A program made the translations under genes and the position numbers. From Bacteroidales bacterium (GTDB taxonomy: Bacteria > Bacteroidota > Bacteroidia > Bacteroidales > ML635J-15), in contig JAFZRE010000022.1 of NCBI GenBank assembly GCA_017620015.1, positions 28,893-60,892 of the forward strand: a stretch of 32,000 nucleotides of DNA, written 5' to 3'. Positions within the stretch are counted from its first letter, which is position 1, and every line of letters begins with the position of its first letter. Below are positions 1-8,521 of the stretch, one piece after another. The notes beneath the pieces were generated by a model. The model saw only the letters and a list, made by a program, of their open reading frames with translations, was not told the DNA's origin and did no database searches.

Positions 1-903
1 GAAGCACTCATCGGATACCTTGTAATATTCAGTCAGATTATTCAGCCGGCAAAAACACTTTCGACAGGCTGGTTCAATGTGAAGAAGGCAATGGCATCAG
101 TTGACCGTGTTAACGAAATACTTGATGCACAAAACCCGATAATCAACTCTCAAGGCAACGAACACATTTCCGAATTCTGCCACGAAATCGAGTTCCGCAA
201 TGTAAAATTCGCCTACAATGCCGATTCAGAAGTGCTTCACGGTATAAACTTCACCATTAAGAAAGGGCAAACCATCGCACTTGTAGGACAGAGCGGCTCG
301 GGAAAATCGACCATCGTTGACTTGATTCCTCGTTTCTACGATGTTACCGATGGCGAAATCCTCATCGACGGCAAAAATATCCGCGACTACAAGCTCAAGG
401 AACTGCGCAGCCTAATGGGATATGTAAATCAGATCCCAATCCTATTCAACGATAGCATTCTCAACAACATAACGCTCGGACAGGAAGGTATTTCCAAGGA
501 AGATGTGGAACGCGCCGCCAAGATTGCCAACGCCTACGACTTCATTATGGAAACCGAAAATGGCTTCCAGACCAATATTGGCGATGGCGGCTGCAAACTC
601 TCTGGCGGTCAGCGACAAAGAATAAGCATAGCCCGCGCCTTGCTGAAAAATCCGCCAATCCTCATCCTCGATGAAGCAACATCAGCCCTCGATACCGAAT
701 CGGAACGACTGGTACAGGAAGCCATCGAACATCTGATGAGGAATAGGACTTCGGTTGTCGTTGCGCACAGATTGTCAACCATAAAGAATGCCGACATAAT
801 AATTGTCGTGGAAAACGGAAAAATCGTGGAAACAGGAAAGCACGACGAACTTATTGCAAAACAAGGAACTTACTATAAACTTCACACTTTACAAAACTCT
901 TAA
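1..903 (+). CDS. ABC transporter ATP-binding/permease protein, C-terminal part (MsbA/lipid exporter-like); 5' end outside window
   Basis: Frame 1 is open from nt 1 (EALIGYLVIFSQ...), so the listed start at 79 is internal. Walker A GQSGSGKST, ABC signature LSGGQRQR, Walker B ILILDEATSALD, H-loop VVVAHRLST. Confidence 0.9.
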   Translation, partial: EALIGYLVIFSQIIQPAKTLSTGWFNVKKAMASVDRVNEILDAQNPIINSQGNEHISEFCHEIEFRNVKFAYNADSEVLHGINFTIKKGQTIALVGQSGSGKSTIVDLIPRFYDVTDGEILIDGKNIRDYKLKELRSLMGYVNQIPILFNDSILNNITLGQEGISKEDVERAAKIANAYDFIMETENGFQTNIGDGGCKLSGGQRQRISIARALLKNPPILILDEATSALDTESERLVQEAIEHLMRNRTSVVVAHRLSTIKNADIIIVVENGKIVETGKHDELIAKQGTYYKLHTLQNS

Positions 904-905
904 AT

Positions 906-1430
906 ATGAAAATCAAAGCATTAGCATACATACTATTAGTTGCAATTGCATTAACGGCTTGCAACAAAACTCCTAAACCCAAAGGTTCAAGCAACGGCAA
1001 CAAGCCCACCAAGGAACTGAAAGTCCAGAAATACGACTTCGACAATCCGCCAGAGTTCCGCAAGGATGGTGAACTTCAATTCCTAAATGACAATGATTCT
1101 GTAATTTTCAGCATTGATATGGAACTTGCTACCAACGAAGAAGAACACGCACGCGGACTTATGTACCGCAAGCAGATGGACGAAAACAAAGGTATGCTTT
1201 TCTTGTTTTCCAACGAGGACTGGCGTTCGTTCTGGATGCACAACACGCTGATTCCTTTGGATATAATCTATGTAAACGCAAAACGCGAAGTCGTAAGCAT
1301 CTGCAAGAATACCAACACTTTGGACGACACTTCCCTACCCTCCGAAGCCCCTGCAATGTATGTAATCGAAATCAACGCAGGGCTTTGCGACAAGTACGGA
1401 ATAGATAAGGGAACGAAGGTGAATTTCTAG
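906..1430 (+). CDS. DUF192 domain-containing lipoprotein
   Basis: Lipoprotein-type signal (LVAIALTAC). The core GLMYRKQMDENKGMLFLF...FWMHNTLIPLDIIYV...MYVIEINAG matches the DUF192 pattern. The start lies 2 nt after the upstream stop. Confidence 0.75.
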   Translation: MKIKALAYILLVAIALTACNKTPKPKGSSNGNKPTKELKVQKYDFDNPPEFRKDGELQFLNDNDSVIFSIDMELATNEEEHARGLMYRKQMDENKGMLFLFSNEDWRSFWMHNTLIPLDIIYVNAKREVVSICKNTNTLDDTSLPSEAPAMYVIEINAGLCDKYGIDKGTKVNF

Positions 1431-1565
1431 GGCTTCGCCCGTTTCAATAGCTTCGCCGTTTCTGTGGCTGACGCCGTTTGAATGTTTCATGTTTGAATGG
1501 CTTCGCCGTTTCTGGGTTTAACTTTGTTGAGGGCTTCGCCGTTCAATGCCTGCGGCGTTTCTAAG
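1431..1565. repeat. About six degenerate copies of the word GGCTTCGCCGTTTC in a 3' intergenic spacer
   Basis: Read directly: ggcttcgcccgtttc, agcttcgccgtttctg, ggctgacgccgtttg, ggcttcgccgtttctg, ggcttcgccgttcaatg, cctgcggcgtttct. Confidence 0.6.
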
Positions 1566-1569
1566 ATTC

Positions 1570-1596
1570 CGCCCCCTGAGCGTAGTCGAAGGGGCG
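1570..1596. other. GC-rich hairpin CGCCCC-N15-GGGGCG
   Basis: A 6-bp G/C stem closes the repeat tract. There is no U-tract, so its role as a terminator is uncertain. Confidence 0.35.
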
Positions 1597-1707
1597 ACAA
1601 CCCAACTGACACTAATTGTTCATTATCCATTGTACATTATACATTCCCTTTTGTGTTAAAGTTTACATAAAACTCATTTGGGTACATTTTCCACAAAAAA
1701 TTAGTTA

Positions 1708-1715
1708 TATTTTTG
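1708..1715 (+). promoter_or_regulatory. Bacteroidota -7 promoter box TATTTTTG (TAnnTTTG)
   Basis: Exact consensus match 22 nt upstream of the ATG at 1738. Confidence 0.45.
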
Positions 1716-1737
1716 TGCCAATAAAAACATACGATAT

Positions 1738-4575
1738 ATGAAGCGGCTTATCACTTTATTATTCATATCAGCAATTTGCGTAGCAAGAATTTCTGCGCAG
1801 AATATTGAAATTTCCGGAAACCTTATCGAATCCGACACAGGAGAAGAAGTTCCATACGCAACCGTTATGCTTCTTAACGAGTCAGACTCCACCCTGCTCG
1901 AATATGCAATTTCGGGTTCAGACGGGCATTTCGTGTTCAAGAATGTGAAGAACCGCGACTATCTGTTGAAGATTTCGCACATTACCTACACGCCCTACCA
2001 GAAGCACATAAAGAAGACCGACGGCAAGAGCATTAACCTTGGTAACCTCAAGTTGTCGCCTATTGCCGAAGTGCTTATGGAAGTCGTTGTACACGAAGCT
2101 CAGGCTCCGTTATTATTTAAAGGTGATACCGTAGAATACAACGCCGCAACTTTCAAGGTTGCACCTGGCTCTACCGTAGAAGACCTGCTGAAAAAACTTC
2201 CAGGCATTGAAGTTGATGCCGACGGCGGAATAAAGTCGATGGGCAAGGATGTCAGCAAGGTCTATGTTGATGGCAAGAACTTTTTCGGTGATGACCCCAA
2301 GATGGTCACTCAGAACATTGATGCAGAAGCAGTTTCAAAGGTGCAAGTTTACAACGACAAGTCCGAGCAGGAAAAGCTTACTGGCATAAAGGACGGTACC
2401 CAGAACAAGGTTATGAACCTTGAACTGAAGCAGGAATACAAGAAGGGCTACTTCGGCAAGGCAAGCGTTGGTGCCGGCTGGGGCGATGGAAATTTCATTC
2501 CGTGGCTTGCAAAAGGCAGTTTCAACCGCTTCAACGACAAGTACCAGCTTTCGGTTATCGGCTACGGCAACGACATCAACTCCACCCGTACAGACTGGGA
2601 AGACATGCAAGAATTTAAGGGTTCGAGCGCATTTACCCACGACAATGGCGATTTCGGTTTTGGCAGTGGCAACGCATGGTGGGGCGGATTCGGAGGTGGA
2701 ATCAGTTGGGACGGCAACGGTTTTGCTCAAAATTACGGTGGAGGTGTAAACTTCAACTACGACAATGGCAAAACCATTCTTTACACCAACTACACCTATA
2801 ATCAAATTAATTCCCAAGCCGACATTTTCGCCAACCAGAAGACAATGTACACATTCATGGACACGGTTAGTAATATGAATGTAGATACAACATATTTTAT
2901 GACCGACACATCATACAATACAAACAAGAATTTTTCGCACTCGTTGTCGGCTCGTCTCGAAGAAAAAATCGACTCGCTCGACTACATTATCGGCAGAGTA
3001 AATGTAAAGTTCACAGGCACAAGAAAGAACTACGAGAATACTGCTATTTATCAGACTGCCAATCTTGACCTTATCAACCAATACGAAGAACTCAGCAACA
3101 GCAAACTCAACAACATAAACACCGATGCTCTTGTAATCTACAACCACAAGTTTATGAAACCGAAGCGCTCGTTCTCCATCAGTGCCGAAAACAACAACAC
3201 GATAGCGTTGGAAAAGGAAAACGAAGAGAATCTGAACGATTTTCTGAACGCAACAACACCAGACGAGCGTATAAAGGTTGCATCATCGCAGAACACTAAT
3301 ACCAACAATCTGAAATCGAGCGTAATGTATGTTGAACCTATAGGCAAACGATTCACATTCAGCACTTTCTACAATTTCGCAATGAACACCGAAAAGCTTT
3401 CGCACGAAGCTCAGGACGAACTTCAGTCGAATGCCGCCATCGACTCGCTGTCGCTCATTTCGCAGCGCGACCTCTTCTACAACCGTCTCGGAGTTGCATT
3501 TGCATATTCGTTCAACGGATTGTACATCAATGCAGGTGCGGCATACAAGAACTTGCAGCAGAACGGCAAATACACCCGCGCTAGTGTCGATGGAGACCCA
3601 CTCAGACGCAACTACGGAAGCGTTATCCCATACTTCGAAATTAACTGGGAATCACCGAATAACATCTGGATGTCGTTTGACTATTCTTACGACATCGAAG
3701 AGCCTGATTTCACTTATCTGCAACCGATTTCCACCAATATGGACCCGCTGTATGTTGTAAATGGTAATCCCAACCTTTCATATACCAGCGAACACAACAC
3801 AAGCGCAATGTTCGGATACCACAACAGAGCGTCATTTATGGGAGCATTCGTAAGTCTTGACTATTCGTACCAGCCCGACCTTATAACCTACAATCAGAAA
3901 ATTGAATATGTCGATGGACTTGGTTACAGAAATGTTCGTACCCCTGAAATCGTACACGGTGGACACCGCACTAGTGAAAATATACACTTGGAACTTCCCA
4001 TAATAAAGTCGAAATTTACTACTCACATCGGATTCCGTCACTACTATAACCAAAGTCCGACTTTCATCAACGGAATAGAAAACAAGTCGCAGAGCAATTC
4101 GTTCAACCCGAATATCACATTCCAGATAAACCTTTCGGACAAGCTCACTTGGAGAATAAATGGACGCTACGGCTACACAACCACAACCTACAAGTCGGAA
4201 AACTACTTCAACAACAACAAGACAACGAACTATAATGTCGGCACATCAATCAAGTGGCAGATGTTCGGTCGCACCTACTTGGAAGCAAACTATAAGTACA
4301 ACAAGTATATGAACAACGAGTTTACCAACAATCCCGACATGCACATCCTGAATGTTTCTATAAAGCAGTACCTTGGCAAGGGTAACAAGTTTGAACTTCG
4401 TCTCGCAGCCTGCGACCTTCTGAACCAGAGCGTTTCGATTGCCCAGTACGCATCTGTAAACCGTGTTTACTACCGTGAATCGCCAACCCTGTCGAGATAC
4501 TATATGCTTACCTTCTCGTACAACATGAAGGGCTTCCAGGATAAAGGACGCAATCGTCCAGAAATAGATTTCTAA
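1738..4575 (+). CDS. Outer membrane beta-barrel family protein (CarboxypepD_reg-like N-domain + plug-like domain + large barrel; TonB-dependent-receptor-like)
   Basis: Signal peptide MKRLITLLFISAICVARISAQ. CarboxypepD_reg-like ISGNLIESDTGEEVPYATVMLL...GHFVFKNV. Plug-like DTVEYNAATFKVAPGSTVEDLLKKLPGIEVD. Long Asn/Tyr/Gly-rich region of alternating strands ending in an aromatic terminus (...EIDF). Confidence 0.85.
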   Translation: MKRLITLLFISAICVARISAQNIEISGNLIESDTGEEVPYATVMLLNESDSTLLEYAISGSDGHFVFKNVKNRDYLLKISHITYTPYQKHIKKTDGKSINLGNLKLSPIAEVLMEVVVHEAQAPLLFKGDTVEYNAATFKVAPGSTVEDLLKKLPGIEVDADGGIKSMGKDVSKVYVDGKNFFGDDPKMVTQNIDAEAVSKVQVYNDKSEQEKLTGIKDGTQNKVMNLELKQEYKKGYFGKASVGAGWGDGNFIPWLAKGSFNRFNDKYQLSVIGYGNDINSTRTDWEDMQEFKGSSAFTHDNGDFGFGSGNAWWGGFGGGISWDGNGFAQNYGGGVNFNYDNGKTILYTNYTYNQINSQADIFANQKTMYTFMDTVSNMNVDTTYFMTDTSYNTNKNFSHSLSARLEEKIDSLDYIIGRVNVKFTGTRKNYENTAIYQTANLDLINQYEELSNSKLNNINTDALVIYNHKFMKPKRSFSISAENNNTIALEKENEENLNDFLNATTPDERIKVASSQNTNTNNLKSSVMYVEPIGKRFTFSTFYNFAMNTEKLSHEAQDELQSNAAIDSLSLISQRDLFYNRLGVAFAYSFNGLYINAGAAYKNLQQNGKYTRASVDGDPLRRNYGSVIPYFEINWESPNNIWMSFDYSYDIEEPDFTYLQPISTNMDPLYVVNGNPNLSYTSEHNTSAMFGYHNRASFMGAFVSLDYSYQPDLITYNQKIEYVDGLGYRNVRTPEIVHGGHRTSENIHLELPIIKSKFTTHIGFRHYYNQSPTFINGIENKSQSNSFNPNITFQINLSDKLTWRINGRYGYTTTTYKSENYFNNNKTTNYNVGTSIKWQMFGRTYLEANYKYNKYMNNEFTNNPDMHILNVSIKQYLGKGNKFELRLAACDLLNQSVSIAQYASVNRVYYRESPTLSRYYMLTFSYNMKGFQDKGRNRPEIDF

Positions 4576-4615
4576 AAAAGTGATAAGAGAGTAAAGGAAA
4601 AAGAAGTAAAGTAAA

Positions 4616-4635
4616 GGACGATGCATGCATCGTCC
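4616..4635. repeat. Perfect 20-nt palindrome GGACGATGCA|TGCATCGTCC (core GACG-NN-GCATGC-NN-CGTC)
   Basis: Read directly. It is preceded by GTAAAGG word repeats (4591-4617) and followed by an A-rich tract. Confidence 0.7.
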
Positions 4636-4652
4636 CCAAAAAACAAAAAAAG

Positions 4653-5378
4653 ATGAAACGAACAATCATACTAACAGCGATAATCGCACTTGCAGCAAGT
4701 TTTGCAAGCGCACAGCAGACATCGGGCACAATCGAATACGAAATAACTACTGATGTGGAAAAAATGATGCAGTGGTTTATGCCAGACAGGAAGATGGACA
4801 CATACTCGTGGAAAAGCGAATGGAAATTTAGAAAGTCGAAGGCATTACTGAAATTCTCACCATCAGAAACGCTCTACGAACCTATTGTAGAAGAAACAAT
4901 GGACAGATGGGGCGGTGCAACCGAAGAGCACACAATCTACAGCAACAAGGACAAAAACAAAGTCTGCTATGTAATTCGCCAAATGGGAAAACTTAGCATC
5001 GTTGATGACAGCATCCCGAAGTTGAAATGGAAAGTCACCAATGCAATGAAGGAAGTAGCAGGACACATCTGCATGAGCGCAACCTACAACGACACCATTA
5101 TGGGTCAGGAAATTACCGCTTGGTTTGCACTCGATATGCCTATCCCCTACGGTCCAGATGTTTATCACGGACTTCCGGGCATGATTCTCCAGATTGACCT
5201 CTACGGCGGAGGACAGATTTATGCAGCAAAAACCATCACCATGAGCGACACACCTGTGAAAATCGACAAGCCAAAGTACAAGAAGAAAACCAAGACAATG
5301 ACTGTCGCCGAGTATAACGCACAGGTTTACAAGTTTATGCAGGATATGAAGAAACGCCCTGGACCAATGATGTTCTAA
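4653..5378 (+). CDS. GLPGLI family protein
   Basis: Signal peptide MKRTIILTAIIALAASFASAQ. Family signature YHGLPGMILQIDL near residue 175. Its size (about 240 aa) and its position directly after an OMP_b-brl-type gene are typical of this family. Confidence 0.8.
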   Translation: MKRTIILTAIIALAASFASAQQTSGTIEYEITTDVEKMMQWFMPDRKMDTYSWKSEWKFRKSKALLKFSPSETLYEPIVEETMDRWGGATEEHTIYSNKDKNKVCYVIRQMGKLSIVDDSIPKLKWKVTNAMKEVAGHICMSATYNDTIMGQEITAWFALDMPIPYGPDVYHGLPGMILQIDLYGGGQIYAAKTITMSDTPVKIDKPKYKKKTKTMTVAEYNAQVYKFMQDMKKRPGPMMF

Positions 5379-5387
5379 AAGGGCGAA

Positions 5388-5513
5388 CAGGCTGAAAGGC
5401 TTGCAGGCTAACAGACAAAAAGTTGTGAAAACGAAAGGCTGTAAGGCTGTATAGCAGTTAGCCTGTAAAACACAAAAGGCTGTAGAGCTGTTCAGCTGTT
5501 AGCCCGTTAGCCC
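5388..5513. repeat. Degenerate word repeats (AGGCTGTA / GTTAGCC) in a 3' spacer
   Basis: caggctgaaaggcttgcaggctaacag ... aaggctgtaaggctgtatagcagttagcctg ... aaggctgtagagctgttcagctgttagcccgttagccc. GGCTAAC and GTTAGCC are mutually complementary. Confidence 0.45.
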
Positions 5514-5527
5514 ACAAACAAACTCCT

Positions 5528-6700
5528 ATGAAGGTAACAAAGAATCTACTTGTCATACTGTTAGCTGCAACATTTGCAACAAGTTGCAAGCAAAAGCAAG
5601 CTCCAGAGGTCCCGCAAATAATTGAAACTGACACTATTGTAGAAGAAGTCCAAACCAAGGACACCACATACCGAATATCTCTTTTGTTCGCTGGTGACCT
5701 TATGCAACACGACCTACAATTCAAGATGGCACTGCAAGATGACGGCACCTACGACTACAGCGAGTGTTTCCAATATGTAAAGCACGAAATTGAATCGGCC
5801 GACATTGCCGTCGCCAACTTAGAGACAACACTGGCAGGTCCACCCTATCATGGCTATCCAAATTTCTCTTCTCCAGACAAATACCTTGTAGATTGCAAGG
5901 CTGCTGGTTTCGACATTATGCTCACCGCCAACAATCATACCTGCGACAGACGACAGCAAGGGTTGGAACGCACCATACGCGTGATGGATTCAGTTGGAAT
6001 ACAGCACCTCGGAACATATTTGGACACTGCATCATTTGAGCAGAACTATCCCCTACTTATCGAGAAAAACGGATTCCGCATCGCCATGCTCAACTATACA
6101 TACGCAATAAATGGCGCAAAAGTTCACGCGCCAAACATTGTAAACCGCATCGATACTGCCAAGATATCCATCGACATCGAAAAGGCAAAAAGTATGGAGC
6201 CAGATGCAATTATTGCCTTCATGCACTGGGGCACAGAATACATGTTAGAACCAGACATTTCTCAAAAGAAATTGGCTGACTGGTTGTTTAACAAAGGTGT
6301 TACACATATAATTGGCGGACATCCTCATATCGTAGAACCAATAGAAATTCGTACTGACAGCATTACTGGCGAAAAGCACATTCTTGCCTACTCTCTCGGC
6401 AACTTCATTTCCAACAGCACCAGACAAGGTACCTACTGCGGTATGACAATCCGCCTCGAACTGGAAAAAGACAGTACTGTACGTATTGGCAATTGCGACT
6501 ACTCACTATATTTTGTCACGCATCCGCCAATAAATGGACACAAGCAATTCAGGATTTACCCTACAACTGTCCCCGACTCACTACTTAATTTTCATGAAGC
6601 ATACCGCAAGCACATTACACTTGACTCAATCAGACCATTTCTGAATGAGTGCAACAAGGGAATATATGAACGTGAAATAGAATTTTCGTCAAACGAATAG
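5528..6700 (+). CDS. CapA family protein (PGA_cap metallophosphatase-like)
   Basis: Lipoprotein-like signal (ATFATSC). SLLFAGDLMQH, VANLETTLAG, MLTANNHTCD, FMHWGTEY, IIGGHPHIVEP, YSLGNFIS follow the CapA/metallophosphatase motif order. Confidence 0.8.
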   Translation: MKVTKNLLVILLAATFATSCKQKQAPEVPQIIETDTIVEEVQTKDTTYRISLLFAGDLMQHDLQFKMALQDDGTYDYSECFQYVKHEIESADIAVANLETTLAGPPYHGYPNFSSPDKYLVDCKAAGFDIMLTANNHTCDRRQQGLERTIRVMDSVGIQHLGTYLDTASFEQNYPLLIEKNGFRIAMLNYTYAINGAKVHAPNIVNRIDTAKISIDIEKAKSMEPDAIIAFMHWGTEYMLEPDISQKKLADWLFNKGVTHIIGGHPHIVEPIEIRTDSITGEKHILAYSLGNFISNSTRQGTYCGMTIRLELEKDSTVRIGNCDYSLYFVTHPPINGHKQFRIYPTTVPDSLLNFHEAYRKHITLDSIRPFLNECNKGIYEREIEFSSNE

Positions 6701-6703
6701 TTT

Positions 6704-7504
6704 CTACCTTACTGCTTCCCGTACACGAACCAACTTAACCAGCAAATCTTCCATAAGGTCGAGCCTTAGCATATTTGCACCATCGGACTTTGCCACGGCA
6801 GGATTCGGATGAGTTTCCATAAACAAACCGTCGGCACCTACAGCAACGCCAGCCTTTGCCATAGCCTCAATCATCTGCGGTAGTCCGCCTGTTACGCCAC
6901 TGGTCTGGTTCGGCTGCTGAAGGCTATGGGTAACATCGAGCACAACAGGATAACCGAGTTGCCTCATTGTCGGAATACCACGGAAGTCGATAACAAGGTC
7001 GGTATAGCCGAAAGTAGTGCCACGTTCGGTAAGCATCACATTGCTGTTGCCTGCATCTACGACCTTCTGTGCAGCAAATTTCATAGCTTCGGGCGAAAGA
7101 AACTGTCCCTTCTTGATATTCACAATCTTACCGGTTTTTGCAGCAGCTACAAGCAAATCGGTCTGACGGCAAAGGAAAGCAGGAATCTGCACGATGTCGG
7201 CAACCTGCGCAGCAAAAGCGGCCTCTTCGGGCGCATGAATGTCGGTGCAAATCGGCACGTTGAGTTCGCGTTTAATCTTGGCAAGAATTTCAAGTGCTGC
7301 CTCGTCGCCTATTCCTGTAAACGAACTAATGCTGCTACGGTTAGCCTTGCGGTACGACGACTTGAAAACAAACGGGATGTCAAGTTTCTCACAGACAGAC
7401 TTCACCGTCTTGGCCGTTTCGTAGGTTATTTCAAGATTCTCGACCACACAAGGTCCTGCAATTAGGAAAAAATTCCGATGTCCTGTCAAATCCGATAAGT
7501 TCAT
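6704..7504 (-). CDS. kdsA: 3-deoxy-8-phosphooctulonate synthase (KDO8P synthase)
   Basis: Full-length 266 aa with FLIAGPCVVE, FVFKSSYRKANRSS, ICTDIHAPEE, QIPAFLCRQTDLL, NIKKGQFLSP, MLTERGTTFGY, VLDVTHSLQQP, GLFMETHPNP. Confidence 0.93.
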   Translation of the reverse strand: MNLSDLTGHRNFFLIAGPCVVENLEITYETAKTVKSVCEKLDIPFVFKSSYRKANRSSISSFTGIGDEAALEILAKIKRELNVPICTDIHAPEEAAFAAQVADIVQIPAFLCRQTDLLVAAAKTGKIVNIKKGQFLSPEAMKFAAQKVVDAGNSNVMLTERGTTFGYTDLVIDFRGIPTMRQLGYPVVLDVTHSLQQPNQTSGVTGGLPQMIEAMAKAGVAVGADGLFMETHPNPAVAKSDGANMLRLDLMEDLLVKLVRVREAVR

Positions 7505-7520
7505 GATATCTTATTTTTTT

Positions 7521-7528
7521 GCAAAGAT
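7521..7528 (-). promoter_or_regulatory. -7 box TATCTTTG for kdsA (minus strand)
   Basis: The reverse complement of caaagata is TATCTTTG. It lies 16 nt upstream of the kdsA ATG. Confidence 0.4.
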
Positions 7529-7703
7529 AAGCCTTTTAGTTGGCAATACACAAAAAAGTTATTGCTCTTGACAATTTGCAAATATATTTTCTTTTAAAAT
7601 ATAGGTAAAATCTGACTTCATAAACATCTGAAAAAATTATTTCATATTTATATAATAAAACCTACAGACATCCGTTATACTCACAAACAAAATATATTCG
7701 CCT

Positions 7704-7874
7704 ATGACAGATGTTTACACGTATTTTTACACAATTAGCACAAACGCGAAGGACAAGACGGAAGAATACCTGCTGGATTTAAACGAGATAGCAGAATTTG
7801 ACAAGTCATTTGAGTTTCTGCCCGACATTAGTCCGAATAACAGCGTAGTGAAAAAAATTTTGGAACTTGCGTAA
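7704..7874 (+). CDS. Possible small protein (56 aa), below the ORF-track cutoff
   Basis: Hand-translated: MTDVYTYFYTISTNAKDKTEEYLLDLNEIAEFDKSFEFLPDISPNNSVVKKILELA*. Its composition is more protein-like than the Ser-rich antisense 68-aa ORF (7727-7933). Hairpins at 7861-7899 and 7909-7926 follow it. Confidence 0.25.
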   Translation: MTDVYTYFYTISTNAKDKTEEYLLDLNEIAEFDKSFEFLPDISPNNSVVKKILELA

Positions 7875-7932
7875 AAGCGAATGATGGAAAAAAGTTCCAG
7901 CGATGAAGATGGCGAATTATCGCCATTCTTCA

Positions 7933-7940
7933 TATATTTG
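7933..7940 (+). promoter_or_regulatory. -7 box TATATTTG upstream of the RAYT gene
   Basis: Exact TAnnTTTG 14 nt before the ATG at 7955. It lies inside the 25-nt repeat 7925-7949. Confidence 0.45.
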
Positions 7941-7954
7941 CAAAAAATTCAGAT

Positions 7955-8416
7955 ATGGCAGATTGCTTTTCTCAAATATATGTTCAGTTAGTATTTGCAG
8001 TAAAAAATAGAGACGCTCTTATAATGCCCGAATGGGAAGATGAACTGTACAAATACATAAGTGGCATAATAGCAAATAAAGGGCAAAAGGCTCTTGCTAT
8101 CAATGGAACTCGTAACCACATACACATATTTGTCAATTTAAAGCCAAATTGCTGTATTTCTGACCTTGTTAGAGAAATAAAGAAATCTTCTAACGCATTC
8201 ATAAAAGATAAAAGATTATCAAAATTCAAATTTGAATGGCAAAACGGATATGGAGCATTCTCTTATAGCATATCACAAATAGACAATGTAATAAAGTATA
8301 TTAACAATCAAAAAGAGCATCACCGCAAACAAACGTTCAAAGAAGAATTCCATAATTTTATTGAGAAATTCCAAATCGAATACAAAGAGGAATATTCGTT
8401 TGAATGGATTGAATAA
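7955..8416 (+). CDS. IS200/IS605-like HUH Y1 transposase, REP-associated tyrosine transposase (RAYT) type
   Basis: 153 aa. HUH motif NHIHIF (His55/His57, nt 8117-8125). C-terminal KYINNQKEHH with the candidate catalytic Tyr115 (nt 8297-8299). No second IS605 gene (tnpB) is present. REP-like hairpins begin at the stop codon. Confidence 0.85.
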   Translation: MADCFSQIYVQLVFAVKNRDALIMPEWEDELYKYISGIIANKGQKALAINGTRNHIHIFVNLKPNCCISDLVREIKKSSNAFIKDKRLSKFKFEWQNGYGAFSYSISQIDNVIKYINNQKEHHRKQTFKEEFHNFIEKFQIEYKEEYSFEWIE

Positions 8417-8496
8417 TATTCGACCTCTCCGAGGTCGTGTTTTGTGGGGAATTATTGTGCTATAATTATTTGACCTCGCTGAGGTCAACAAATATG
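8415..8496. repeat. REP-like doublet A: hairpins CGACCTC-TCC-GAGGTCG (8421-8437) and TGACCTC-GCT-GAGGTCA (8471-8487)
   Basis: Two hairpins with 7-bp stems and 3-nt loops. The left one, with its AATATT flank, is the reverse complement of the right-hand hairpins of doublets B and C. Confidence 0.7.
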
Positions 8497-8521
8497 AAAA
8501 TGATACAAGTGTATTTCATCC

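Noticed and set aside
6698-6706. The convergent CapA and kdsA genes end only 3 nt apart, leaving no room for terminators.
   Set aside because: This is real but common in compact bacterial genomes. There is no structure or motif to analyse, and it is not evidence of a special mechanism.
7727-7933. A 68-aa minus-strand ORF in the kdsA-RAYT intergenic region.
   Set aside because: It is a Ser-rich, low-complexity product with no promoter box or ribosome-binding context. It overlaps the more protein-like + strand 56-codon ORF and two hairpins.
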